43,535 nucleotides of DNA from a virus. Location of the stretch: IMG/VR virus record IMGVR_UViG_3300007351_000024. One strand, written 5' to 3'. The translations under genes were made by a program, and so were the position numbers. Of the stretch, positions 7,149 through 15,220 are shown one piece after another. Within the stretch, counting starts at the first letter, position 1. The number at the start of each line of letters is the position of its first letter. The notes beneath the pieces were generated by a model. The model saw only the letters and a program-made list of their open reading frames with translations. It ran no database searches and was not told the origin of the DNA.

Positions 7149-8350
7149 AGGTGCGAAAAGCAAAAATCGCTCTCCCAAAAAATAAGTATTTCTCCAAGTT
7201 TGAAGTAAATGATGACGGACTGGTAGCAGAAATTAAGGAAAAGAAGAAAGTAGCACTCCTATTCGTGTGCCTTAACGACCTCTACTGGCCGTATGTTATC
7301 CAGGTAGTAAAGGACTGTAAGAAACATTTTCTTCCTCACCACAACGTAGATTTCTTTGTCTGGTCAGATTTGCACCGTTTCCAAGAAGTGAAGAACAGTA
7401 TTGTAGCTGAATCTGAACACATTGTAGGTACTCCAAAGGAGAAAGCCGCCAAAGCAGTAGATTTTGCGGTAAAGACCATCCAATACTTCCAGCTCTATCC
7501 CGCTACCCCACAGTACGTCCAAGACCTACAGAAGATGCAGGTCTTTTATCGCGTTGACCCCTCTAAAGGAATTGCCTTTATCGAAGCCGCTGTAAATCAA
7601 GATGACGAGAAACAGGTCAACCATTTCGTAGACATCCTTAAATCAGTGTGTTTTTCCATCATTCGGTCAGCAGAAGAAGAATTGGAGAACTTCCTAAAAG
7701 GAGTAACGCTTATCGAATCAGACCCTGCGCCATGGCCAGCACCTACACTCATGCGCTACCACCTCTTCTTAAACGAAGAGGAAAGACTGAAGAAGTACGA
7801 CTATTTGTTTTACTTAGATTCCGACATGAAAGTCGTCCAGAAGGTGAGTGATGAACTCTTAGGAGAAGGTCTTACCGCCGCACCTCACCCTGGCTATGCG
7901 GTAAATAAGCGTATGTTGCCTCCGTATGAGCCAAATCCAGAGTCTACCGCCTACATTCATCGTTTGGGTCATGTTGTTGAGGAAGAGCCTGGAAAGAAGC
8001 GTTTTTACCCGTTCTACGCGGCAGGAGGACTCCAAGGAGGAGTCGCAAAGAAGTTCTTAAAGGCCATGAGGGTAATGAAAAAGGGAATCAATGATGATTT
8101 TGACAAGAATTACACCGCTATCTGGAACGACGAAAGCCATTGGAATAAGTATCTGTGGGAGTACCAGAGAAAAGGTGGCGACATTACGTTCCTTGACGTT
8201 TCATATGTATACCCTGATTCTCTCTTGAAAGAGTATTACATCCCCATGTGGGGCAAAGAATACGAGCCCAAGATAATCACCCTTACAAAACCTTGGTCTG
8301 TCTCAAAAGAAGGAGGTAGACAACTCTCGGAGTTCATCAAACCGCAATGA
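7145..8350 (+). CDS. Glycosyltransferase family 6 (ABO / alpha-1,3-Gal(NAc)-transferase-like), DXD-containing
   Basis: 401 aa. These motifs align with human GTA/GTB as I recall them: 'KKHFLPHHNVDFFVWSD' (KHF..GH.V..YVFTD), 'YDYLFYLDSDM' (DYLVCVDVDM), 'LTAAPHPGYA', 'YEPNPESTAYI' (YERRPQSQAYI), 'FYAAGGLQGG' (FYYLGGFFGG) and 'IWNDESHWNKYLW' (VWHDESHLNKYLL). Confidence 0.85.
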   Translation: MKVRKAKIALPKNKYFSKFEVNDDGLVAEIKEKKKVALLFVCLNDLYWPYVIQVVKDCKKHFLPHHNVDFFVWSDLHRFQEVKNSIVAESEHIVGTPKEKAAKAVDFAVKTIQYFQLYPATPQYVQDLQKMQVFYRVDPSKGIAFIEAAVNQDDEKQVNHFVDILKSVCFSIIRSAEEELENFLKGVTLIESDPAPWPAPTLMRYHLFLNEEERLKKYDYLFYLDSDMKVVQKVSDELLGEGLTAAPHPGYAVNKRMLPPYEPNPESTAYIHRLGHVVEEEPGKKRFYPFYAAGGLQGGVAKKFLKAMRVMKKGINDDFDKNYTAIWNDESHWNKYLWEYQRKGGDITFLDVSYVYPDSLLKEYYIPMWGKEYEPKIITLTKPWSVSKEGGRQLSEFIKPQ

Positions 8351-9012
8351 AAACTACTTGCATAATTCCGAGCTACAACCAAGAAGAATACTTGGAAGAG
8401 GCGATAGAATCGGCCTTAGCTCAATCAGTTCCCTGTGAAGTACTTGTGATAGACGATGGTAGTACGGATAACTCCCTTGCAATCGCACAGAAATACGAGC
8501 CACGAGTGAGGGTAATTAGTCAGGTGAATAAAGGATTAGCGAGTGCGCGGAACACGGGGATAATGAACGCGACTGGAGAATACATTTTACCTCTCGATGC
8601 GGACGATTCCTTACTTCCTAGGTGTGTTGAGGTCTTAGAGATGATTGCCGATGCAACTGGCGCAGAGGTTGTATCTCCATCATTTCAGGAGTATGGGTTA
8701 GGAACTGCCACAGTTACCTTGATGGCGAATCCTACATTGGAGGACTTCAAAGTAGGTAATCGTGTTGGGTATTGTTCTCTGATAAAGAAATCAGCTTTGT
8801 TAGAAGTTGGAGGATATTCACCTCGAATGGTTGAAGGATACGAAGACCTGCATATGTGGTTCAACTTACTCACCAGAGGTTTTAGAATCGTTACCGTACC
8901 GGAGCCGTTATGGAAATATCGAATTAAAGAAAAGTCCATGTTTAAGGATGCACTCAAACACCACGACAAGCTAATGGCGCAGATTTATAAGGATTTTCCA
9001 CAAGCAAAATAA
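8347..9012 (+). CDS. Glycosyltransferase family 2
   Basis: 221 aa. 'CIIPSYNQEEYLEEAIESALAQS', 'VLVIDDGSTDNS', 'NKGLASARNTGI' and 'LPLDADD' form the classic GT-A/GT2 signature. It has an ATGA overlap upstream. Confidence 0.9.
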   Translation: MKTTCIIPSYNQEEYLEEAIESALAQSVPCEVLVIDDGSTDNSLAIAQKYEPRVRVISQVNKGLASARNTGIMNATGEYILPLDADDSLLPRCVEVLEMIADATGAEVVSPSFQEYGLGTATVTLMANPTLEDFKVGNRVGYCSLIKKSALLEVGGYSPRMVEGYEDLHMWFNLLTRGFRIVTVPEPLWKYRIKEKSMFKDALKHHDKLMAQIYKDFPQAK

Positions 9013-9013
9013 T

Positions 9014-9613
9014 ATGCCTAAAGTCTCTATAGTCATCCCCTATCACGATACTCCACAGACAGCGTTCTTTCTATGTCGCTTACTGGCAACACTCAATGAA
9101 CAGACATATCAAAATTACGAGATTGTTCTAATGAAAGAGGGAAGAATGGGAAAGACCTACAATGCGTGCATAAAGAAAGCCACGGGGGACATTATAAAGC
9201 TCATGGGAATGGATGATTACTTCTTTGACAAAGATTCATTACAGAAAATTGTAGATGCTTTCAAACATGAGGAGGTGTATTGGCTTGCCACCGCATGTCT
9301 GCACGACCAAGGGAAAGGACCAAATAATTACCACGAAGCGAATTGGAATGACAAGCTGTTTAAGGGATACAACACAGTAGGTGGATTTGCGACCATCAGT
9401 TTGAGAAACAAGGATATACCAGAAATTGATGAATCACTTGATTGGACGGTAGATGTGGACTGGTACTGGCGTATTTATAAGCAACACGGCCTCCCTTACA
9501 CGATTAAGGATGCCGTCGTGGTCATTGGTGTTGGGCCTCATCAAACCACGGAGAAAATTAGCATGGAACAGAAGAATAAAGAATGGGAGGAAACTTCTAA
9601 AAAATATGAGTAA
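9014..9613 (+). CDS. GT2-like (GT-A fold) glycosyltransferase
   Basis: 199 aa. 'VSIVIPYHD...LATLNEQTYQNYEIVL' and 'GDIIKLMGMDDYF' (DD as a DXD-like motif) are present. It is more diverged than the preceding GT2. Confidence 0.65.
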   Translation: MPKVSIVIPYHDTPQTAFFLCRLLATLNEQTYQNYEIVLMKEGRMGKTYNACIKKATGDIIKLMGMDDYFFDKDSLQKIVDAFKHEEVYWLATACLHDQGKGPNNYHEANWNDKLFKGYNTVGGFATISLRNKDIPEIDESLDWTVDVDWYWRIYKQHGLPYTIKDAVVVIGVGPHQTTEKISMEQKNKEWEETSKKYE

Positions 9614-10625
9614 ACGAGTATTGTTAACTGGCATTTCAGGTTCGATTGCGACTCATTTTGTAGCGCACTTCATGCACAACACCGATTGGGAAATAATCGG
9701 CATTGACTCGTTCAGGCACAAAGGATGGGGTGAGCGTTTGCTTGAAGTTACCAGTGAACACCCTGAATGGAGAGACAGAATCTCTGTCCATACCCATGAC
9801 CTCTCGGCTCCCCTTTCACCGATTCTTAAAAGACGCCTTGGGAAGATTGATTACATCATCTCTATGGCTTCCCTTTCTGACGTAGAAGCCTCTATTCAAG
9901 ACCCTGTGCCTTTTGTACAAAACAATGTTAACTTAGCCCTTAACTTACTTGAATATGCGAGAGAAGCGAAACCCGAAGTCTTTATCCAAATCTCAACCGA
10001 TGAAGTCTACGGTGCGTCTGCCTCGAAGTTTGGTGATTTACGGAAAGAGTGGGATGCCATTATCCCTTCTAATCCCTATGCCGCTTCAAAGGCGGCGCAA
10101 GAAGCCATAGCTATCTCTTACTGGAGAACCTATGGTGTCCCTGTAATCATCACAAACACGATGAATAACTTTGGGGAAATGCAACAACCCACTAAATATC
10201 CCGTGATGATTCAGAAAGCAGTAGAAAATGGCGAAACTATTCTCATTCATGGAAGGGAGGGACAAATCGGCTCTCGCTCATACATCCACTCACGGAACTT
10301 TGCGGATGCAATTTTGTTCATTCTCAAGAATCTTCCTCCTCACATGCACGTACCGCTTTCAGCGGATAGGCCGGATAGGTATAACATTGCAGGAGATAAA
10401 CAACTGGATAATCTTGAACTCGCACAGACAATCGCCTCTCTCATGGGGAAAGAATTAAAATACGAACTCGTTGACTCTCACAGTGCCCGACCTGGACACG
10501 ACCCGCACTATGGCCTTGATATGACGAAGCTATACAGCAAGGGTTGGAAATCACCGAAAACGTTTGAAGAATCCCTTTCTGGAACTATCAAATGGCAACA
10601 GGAGCATAAAGAATGGATTGAATAA
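9606..10625 (+). CDS. NDP-hexose 4,6-dehydratase (RmlB/RfbB-like extended SDR)
   Basis: I moved the start from 9453 to the in-frame ATG at 9606 ('MSKRVLLTGISGSIATH', a Rossmann motif). 'STDEVYG', 'YAASKAAQE' (YxxxK), 'TNTMNNFGEMQQP' and the C-terminal 'RPGHDPHYGLD...GW.P' are all present. Confidence 0.85.
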   Translation: MSKRVLLTGISGSIATHFVAHFMHNTDWEIIGIDSFRHKGWGERLLEVTSEHPEWRDRISVHTHDLSAPLSPILKRRLGKIDYIISMASLSDVEASIQDPVPFVQNNVNLALNLLEYAREAKPEVFIQISTDEVYGASASKFGDLRKEWDAIIPSNPYAASKAAQEAIAISYWRTYGVPVIITNTMNNFGEMQQPTKYPVMIQKAVENGETILIHGREGQIGSRSYIHSRNFADAILFILKNLPPHMHVPLSADRPDRYNIAGDKQLDNLELAQTIASLMGKELKYELVDSHSARPGHDPHYGLDMTKLYSKGWKSPKTFEESLSGTIKWQQEHKEWIE

Positions 10626-10626
10626 T

Positions 10627-10776
10627 ATGTTAAAACTTCCTCCCAAATACAAGACAAAAAGAAAAGGGCGTCCACAACCCAACTCTCACCCCTGGAAACA
10701 GGTTTTCGTACTCACCTATCCTAAGAAAATCTTTTCTTCTGGGTATAAGATAAAAAAGAACCATGCGACCCGTTAG
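10627..10776 (+). CDS. Possible small basic protein (49 aa)
   Basis: The ATG lies 1 nt after the dehydratase stop, the typical junction here. It fills an otherwise unusual 137-nt gap and overlaps the GT11 start by 14 nt. It has no recognisable motif. Confidence 0.3.
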   Translation: MLKLPPKYKTKRKGRPQPNSHPWKQVFVLTYPKKIFSSGYKIKKNHATR

Positions 10777-11350
10777 ACAAGTCATCGGAGGGTTGGGCAA
10801 TCTCATGTTCAAGGAGGCGTTTTTGTGGTCTTTGGCGCGTGAGAAGTTGATACCTGATGTGTATGTTCAGGGTGAACATTATTGGGAAAAATATGCACAT
10901 GAGATACAAACACTATTTGGTCATGGTATTGGCCATGATGAGCGCATTGCTCTACATATTCGTAGAGGAGACTACTTAAAAGTTCAACAATTTCACGTCA
11001 ACCTTTGGGACACTGATTATTATAAAGTAGCAGTTTCTCTGTTCCCAAAAGAAAAGTTCCTCGTGTTTTGTAAGGACAATCAAAGTGAAGCACAAGACAA
11101 GGATGACCGTGAGTGGTGTGAAAAGAATATCCCATCATTGGGTATTGATTTTGAACTCCACAATCACACAACAGAAACAGAGGATATGAACACAATGGCC
11201 AGTTGTAAAGGGATTATCATGGCAAATAGTAGCTTTTCTTGGTGGGCGGCGTACTTAGGAAATCCTAAAAAGAAAGTCGTTTGCCCTGCGAAATGGTTTA
11301 CGGATGGAGCACAAAGGACGCAATTACTTTCTAAGTGGACTCTTGTATGA
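10763..11350 (+). CDS. Glycosyltransferase family 11 (alpha-1,2-fucosyltransferase-like)
   Basis: 195 aa. 'VIGGLGNLMFKEAF' corresponds to GGLGNQMFQYA, 'ALHIRRGDY' to HIRRGDY, and 'MANSSFSWWAAYLG' to SNSTFSWWAAYL. Confidence 0.85.
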   Translation: MRPVRQVIGGLGNLMFKEAFLWSLAREKLIPDVYVQGEHYWEKYAHEIQTLFGHGIGHDERIALHIRRGDYLKVQQFHVNLWDTDYYKVAVSLFPKEKFLVFCKDNQSEAQDKDDREWCEKNIPSLGIDFELHNHTTETEDMNTMASCKGIIMANSSFSWWAAYLGNPKKKVVCPAKWFTDGAQRTQLLSKWTLV

Positions 11351-12291
11351 AAGTTGCAATCACAGGTTCATTAGGTCTTACAGGTTCAGCTTGTATGGAG
11401 ATGTGTAAGAAGAAAGGATGGACTCCTGTTGGAGTAGACGCAAATATGCGCAGCTACTTTTTCGGTACTCCTAAACAGGAATATGGCGATTCCATTGAAC
11501 TGGATATAAGAAACCAAGAAGCTGTTGAGGAGCTTTTTAAGCAACACAAGTTTGACGCAATCATTCATACAGCCGCACAACCATCTCACGATTGGGCAAA
11601 GAACGACCCTTTAATGGACTTCGATACAAATGCACGAGCCACCCTCATTCTCTTAGAGGCGACACGCAAGTACGCTCCAGATGCAATTTTTGTGCATGTA
11701 TCTACTGACAAGGTATATGGTGAAAATATGACAGGAAGTGAAAAACCTTTCACTGAAACGCTTGGATTAGACTTTGCAGGTGTTCGTTCCCTATTTGGAT
11801 GCTCAAAAGCCGCTTCTGATATGTACGCACAGGAATATGCAAACTATTTCGGAATGAAAGTTGTAGTGTTTCGTCCTGGGTGCATAACAGGAAAAGTCCA
11901 TCAAGGTGCGGAATATCACGGATTCCTTGCGTATCTAGCGAAGTGCATTAAAGAGGGAATTACCTACAAAGTGCATGGGGATGGCAAACAAGTACGCGAC
12001 CAAATACATGCGAGTGATTTAGCAGATGCGTTCGGGCACGTTATTTCTGACTTTAAGGGAAGTAATGTCTACAACATTGGGGGTGGACCGAACCGTTCTG
12101 TTTCTCTCCTAGAGGCAGTTGATATGATTGAGAAAGAGACAGGGAAGAAAGCCAAATTAGAGTTTGGATTCCCTAACAGGAGAGGAGACCGCCTATGGGA
12201 TGTACATGATGTAACAAAGTTCCGTTCCGATTACCCTGATTGGGACTATCAATACTCACTACAAGATATTATTAAAGAACTTTCTGCATGA
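11347..12291 (+). CDS. NAD-dependent sugar epimerase/reductase (extended SDR, CDP-paratose/tyvelose 2-epimerase-like)
   Basis: I set the start at ATG 11347 (ATGA overlap with the GT11 stop; 'MKVAITGSLGLTGSA'). 'STDKVYG' and 'YGCSKAASDMYAQEYANYFGMKVVVFRPGCITG' (YxxxK) are present. Confidence 0.8.
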   Translation: MKVAITGSLGLTGSACMEMCKKKGWTPVGVDANMRSYFFGTPKQEYGDSIELDIRNQEAVEELFKQHKFDAIIHTAAQPSHDWAKNDPLMDFDTNARATLILLEATRKYAPDAIFVHVSTDKVYGENMTGSEKPFTETLGLDFAGVRSLFGCSKAASDMYAQEYANYFGMKVVVFRPGCITGKVHQGAEYHGFLAYLAKCIKEGITYKVHGDGKQVRDQIHASDLADAFGHVISDFKGSNVYNIGGGPNRSVSLLEAVDMIEKETGKKAKLEFGFPNRRGDRLWDVHDVTKFRSDYPDWDYQYSLQDIIKELSA

Positions 12292-13454
12292 AATATAAAT
12301 GGCGATACGGAGGGGCGCTAGTCGGTAAGGAAGAACGTAAGGCAATTCTTCGTTCCTTTGATAGCGGATGGTTCCCATGGGGTAAGGAGGGTGAAAAGTT
12401 TGAAGAAGAAGCCGCCAAGTATCTTGGAGTAAAGTATGGTCTTGGTGCTAACAGTGGCTCAAGTGCTGGATTACTTGCGTTAAGTGCCCTTGAATTGGAA
12501 AAGGGTAGTGAGGTTATCATTCCGGCGGTTACATTCCCTACAATCTTCAACATAATTCTTCAGTGTGGCCTCATTCCTGTTGTCGTAGATACCAAGGTAG
12601 GAACCTACAACATAGACCCTGACCAGATAGAAAAAGCAATTTCAGGAAAGACGAAAGCGATTATCTGTGTCCATGCAGTAGGGAACCCCTGCGACATGGA
12701 ACGCATTATGAAGATAGCTAACGAACACAAACTATATGTCATTGAAGACAACTGCGACGGTTGGGGAGGTACTATTGGCTCTAAAAGAGTTGGAACATTT
12801 GGCCACATATCCTTCACCTCATTCCATGCCGCGCATATTGTTGCTATGGGACAAGGTGGGGGAGTATTTACGAACGATAGAGAACTTGCCCGTAAAGTGC
12901 GAATGTATCGAGACTGGGGAAGACAAAGTGAAATCAAAAGCAGAATCAACAATAAAAAATGGCCGACGCTCCCCGAAGACCAAGACGCGAGGTTCATCTA
13001 CGAAAAGATAGGGTACAACCTTTCTCCTCTTGAATTACAAGCGGCGATGGGGAGAGTTCAGTTGCGAAAGACAGAGAAAATTAAACGATTGCGGAGAAGA
13101 AACTTTGATTATCTCTATAAAGAACTTTCAAAGTTTGATGACTTAATAATGCCAATAACAGTAGAGGGTGCTAACCCCTCATGGTTTTCTTTTCCCCTTA
13201 CAACGACGGAAGAACGTATGCCGCTTCTCATGCACTTAGAAGAGAACGGTGTAGAGACAAGAAGCATGTTTGCAGGGAACGTGCTACGTCATCCGGCCTA
13301 TGAGGGAGTGCCACACCGACAAGTGGGGAATCTCCAAAACTCTGATTACATTCTTCGCCATTCATTCTGGATACCTGTGCATCCTCGCTACTCTCCAAAA
13401 GACCTTAAAGGAATGGTTAAGGTCTTCGAGAAGTTCTATGCTAAAACTTCCTAA
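12288..13454 (+). CDS. DegT/DnrJ/EryC1-family PLP/PMP enzyme, sugar 3-dehydrase-like (E1/ColD-like). His occupies the Schiff-base Lys position.
   Basis: 388 aa. Motifs are 'NSGSSAGLLAL', 'IIPAVTFPT', 'EDNCDGWG', 'SFHAAHIVAMGQGG' (typical aminotransferases have SFH..K....GEGG), 'RDWGR', 'GYNLSPLELQAAMG', 'PSWFSFP' and 'FAGNVLRHPAY'. Confidence 0.8.
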   Translation: MKYKWRYGGALVGKEERKAILRSFDSGWFPWGKEGEKFEEEAAKYLGVKYGLGANSGSSAGLLALSALELEKGSEVIIPAVTFPTIFNIILQCGLIPVVVDTKVGTYNIDPDQIEKAISGKTKAIICVHAVGNPCDMERIMKIANEHKLYVIEDNCDGWGGTIGSKRVGTFGHISFTSFHAAHIVAMGQGGGVFTNDRELARKVRMYRDWGRQSEIKSRINNKKWPTLPEDQDARFIYEKIGYNLSPLELQAAMGRVQLRKTEKIKRLRRRNFDYLYKELSKFDDLIMPITVEGANPSWFSFPLTTTEERMPLLMHLEENGVETRSMFAGNVLRHPAYEGVPHRQVGNLQNSDYILRHSFWIPVHPRYSPKDLKGMVKVFEKFYAKTS

Positions 13455-14022
13455 CGTAACACTCATTCTCCTCACTAACCGCGACTTCGCGGGAGCTAAA
13501 AAAGCTATTGATGAGTCATGCAATGAGATAGAGTTTGGAGGTGTAAAGCTGATTTGGGATGAAAAGATTTCCTCCATTGATGAATGGAATCGCAAGGTAA
13601 TTCAAGAGTTACCAGATTATGTTCACACTACCCATGCCCTCCTCATTCACCAAGACGGCTACGTAAAGAATCCAGCGTTATGGAATACGGAATGGTTGCT
13701 TTTAGATTACATAGGTGCTCCATGGCCTATGCCTGTAGATAATTTTTCCTACAAGGATGATAAAGGTAGACTGCAACGAGTTGGAAACAGTGTGTCGTTA
13801 CGTTCTAAGGAGCTCATGGAATTAGTAAGAACGAGAGAGTGGCGACCTTACTACGGATTTACTAATGAGGATGGCTTTATCTGTTGCCATAACAGGGGTT
13901 GGCTCGAAGACCAAGGGTGTAAGTTTGCAACGCTTGAGCAAGCAGTTCATTTCTCTAAGGAACATGAGATACCAGAGAATAAAGGCATTAACACGTTTGC
14001 ATTTCATAAAGTAGATGTATGA
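13438..14022 (+). CDS. DUF5672-like putative glycosyltransferase
   Basis: I set the start at the in-frame ATG 13438 ('MLKLPNVTLILLTNRDF'). 'HQDGYVKNPALW...LDYIGAPW...VGNSVSLRSKEL' matches my recollection of the DUF5672 pattern (H.DG...n...W..fl.yDYIGAPW...vGNGGfSLRs). Confidence 0.55.
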   Translation: MLKLPNVTLILLTNRDFAGAKKAIDESCNEIEFGGVKLIWDEKISSIDEWNRKVIQELPDYVHTTHALLIHQDGYVKNPALWNTEWLLLDYIGAPWPMPVDNFSYKDDKGRLQRVGNSVSLRSKELMELVRTREWRPYYGFTNEDGFICCHNRGWLEDQGCKFATLEQAVHFSKEHEIPENKGINTFAFHKVDV

Positions 14023-14531
14023 GTATTGCAGAAGAAAAATACGAAGAGCTACTGAAAACCCCCTCGGATGTAAACATGCACTTCCCTACAATACGGAAGT
14101 ATGTGAAAGAGGGAGACATTGTCGTTGAGCTGGGCGTGCGTAACTGTGTTTCTACGTGGGCACTCTTAGTGAGTAAACCAAAGCATCTTATTTCAGTAGA
14201 CATAGTTGCTCCTCCTTTTGGGAATGTCTTGGAAGTAGAACAAGCGGCACGAGAGCAAGGAAGTGGATTTAATTTTGTACAGCAAGACTCAATAAACATT
14301 GAGATTAAACCTGCGTGCGATGTCCTGTTCATAGACACACTCCATTTGTATAGCCATATCGTCAAAGAGTTGTGGCGTCATGCGGGAAGAACAAAAAAGT
14401 ACATCATCTTCCATGACTATCTCATTCCTGAAGTCAGCGCATGTATCCATGATTTTCTCTACAATCCTGATTGGGAATGGCAAGAAATTAACTCGGAGGG
14501 AACGGGACTCGCAGTAGTGAAGCACGTATGA
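14019..14531 (+). CDS. Class I SAM-dependent methyltransferase
   Basis: 170 aa. 'SDVNMHFPTIRKYVKEGDIVVELGVRNCVSTWALL' and 'DVLFIDTLHLYSHIVKELWRHAGRTKKYIIFHD' match a common phage and bacterial methyltransferase family. It has ATGA overlaps on both sides. Confidence 0.7.
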   Translation: MSIAEEKYEELLKTPSDVNMHFPTIRKYVKEGDIVVELGVRNCVSTWALLVSKPKHLISVDIVAPPFGNVLEVEQAAREQGSGFNFVQQDSINIEIKPACDVLFIDTLHLYSHIVKELWRHAGRTKKYIIFHDYLIPEVSACIHDFLYNPDWEWQEINSEGTGLAVVKHV

Positions 14532-15220
14532 TTCTCATAACAGGTTACAGAGGATGGATTGGCTCTCTTCTTGCTGATGAGTTTGACGAGTTTTCAGGTA
14601 TTGATGTAAGAGATGGGACAAACCTCATTACGTGTGCTCTACCACCTCCAGAAGAAGTAGATATCATCTATCATCTTGCGGCTCAATCTTCTGTGGAGTA
14701 TTCATGGTACGACCCAATCCATGATGCAGATAACCTGCGAATGACTATTAGGTTAGTACATGCGTATCCTGAAGCGAAACTTATCTATACAAACTCTGCG
14801 GCATCAAAAGACCGTTCATCTCCGTATGGATTCTCTAAATGGGCGTGCGCTGAATATATCAAGCAATTCCACAACAATTACGTCATTTGCACACTCCCTA
14901 ATGTATATGGCGAGGGTTCCCGAAGTGTCGTAGATATCTTCAAAGAACTGGATGAAGTGGAGGTATATGGAAGTGGAGATAACACAAGAACGTATGTGCA
15001 CGTAGATGATATCATTCAAGCACTGCTCAAAGCCCAAGATTGGCGGTGTGGTGAATATGAGTTGGGTAATGGAATAGCAACGAGTGTTATTGAACTCGCA
15101 CAAGGAAAGAAAGTGAATCATTTGCCTCCTCGTATGGAATCGAAAGAATCTGTCATTCAGAACTCTACTCCAAATTGGGAACCGAAGATAAATGTGTTTG
15201 AGTATTTGAAAGATGTATGA
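14528..15220 (+). CDS. Short NAD(P)-dependent epimerase/reductase (SDR)
   Basis: 230 aa. It has 'MILITGYRGWIGSLL' (Rossmann motif), 'IIYHLAAQSS', 'YGFSKWACAEY' (YxxxK) and 'LPNVYGEG'. Confidence 0.7.
   Translation: MILITGYRGWIGSLLADEFDEFSGIDVRDGTNLITCALPPPEEVDIIYHLAAQSSVEYSWYDPIHDADNLRMTIRLVHAYPEAKLIYTNSAASKDRSSPYGFSKWACAEYIKQFHNNYVICTLPNVYGEGSRSVVDIFKELDEVEVYGSGDNTRTYVHVDDIIQALLKAQDWRCGEYELGNGIATSVIELAQGKKVNHLPPRMESKESVIQNSTPNWEPKINVFEYLKDV

Noticed and set aside
9453-9605. N-terminal extensions in the ORF track (9453 for the dehydratase, 11335 for the epimerase, 13270 for the DUF5672-like gene, 42915 for the Cys/His protein, 40950 and 39462 on the minus strand)
   Set aside because: The extensions overlap the preceding genes extensively. 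Downstream in-frame ATGs give canonical N-termini (Rossmann GxxGxxG or signal peptides) and the ATGA or short-gap junctions typical of this genome.
10627-13460. Shared start 'atg(t/c)taaaacttcct' (MLKLP...) at 10627 and 13438, considered as a possible duplicated 5' gene end
   Set aside because: The identity is only about 11-14 nt. Hundreds of 11-mer coincidences are expected within 43 kb, and the downstream sequences are unrelated.
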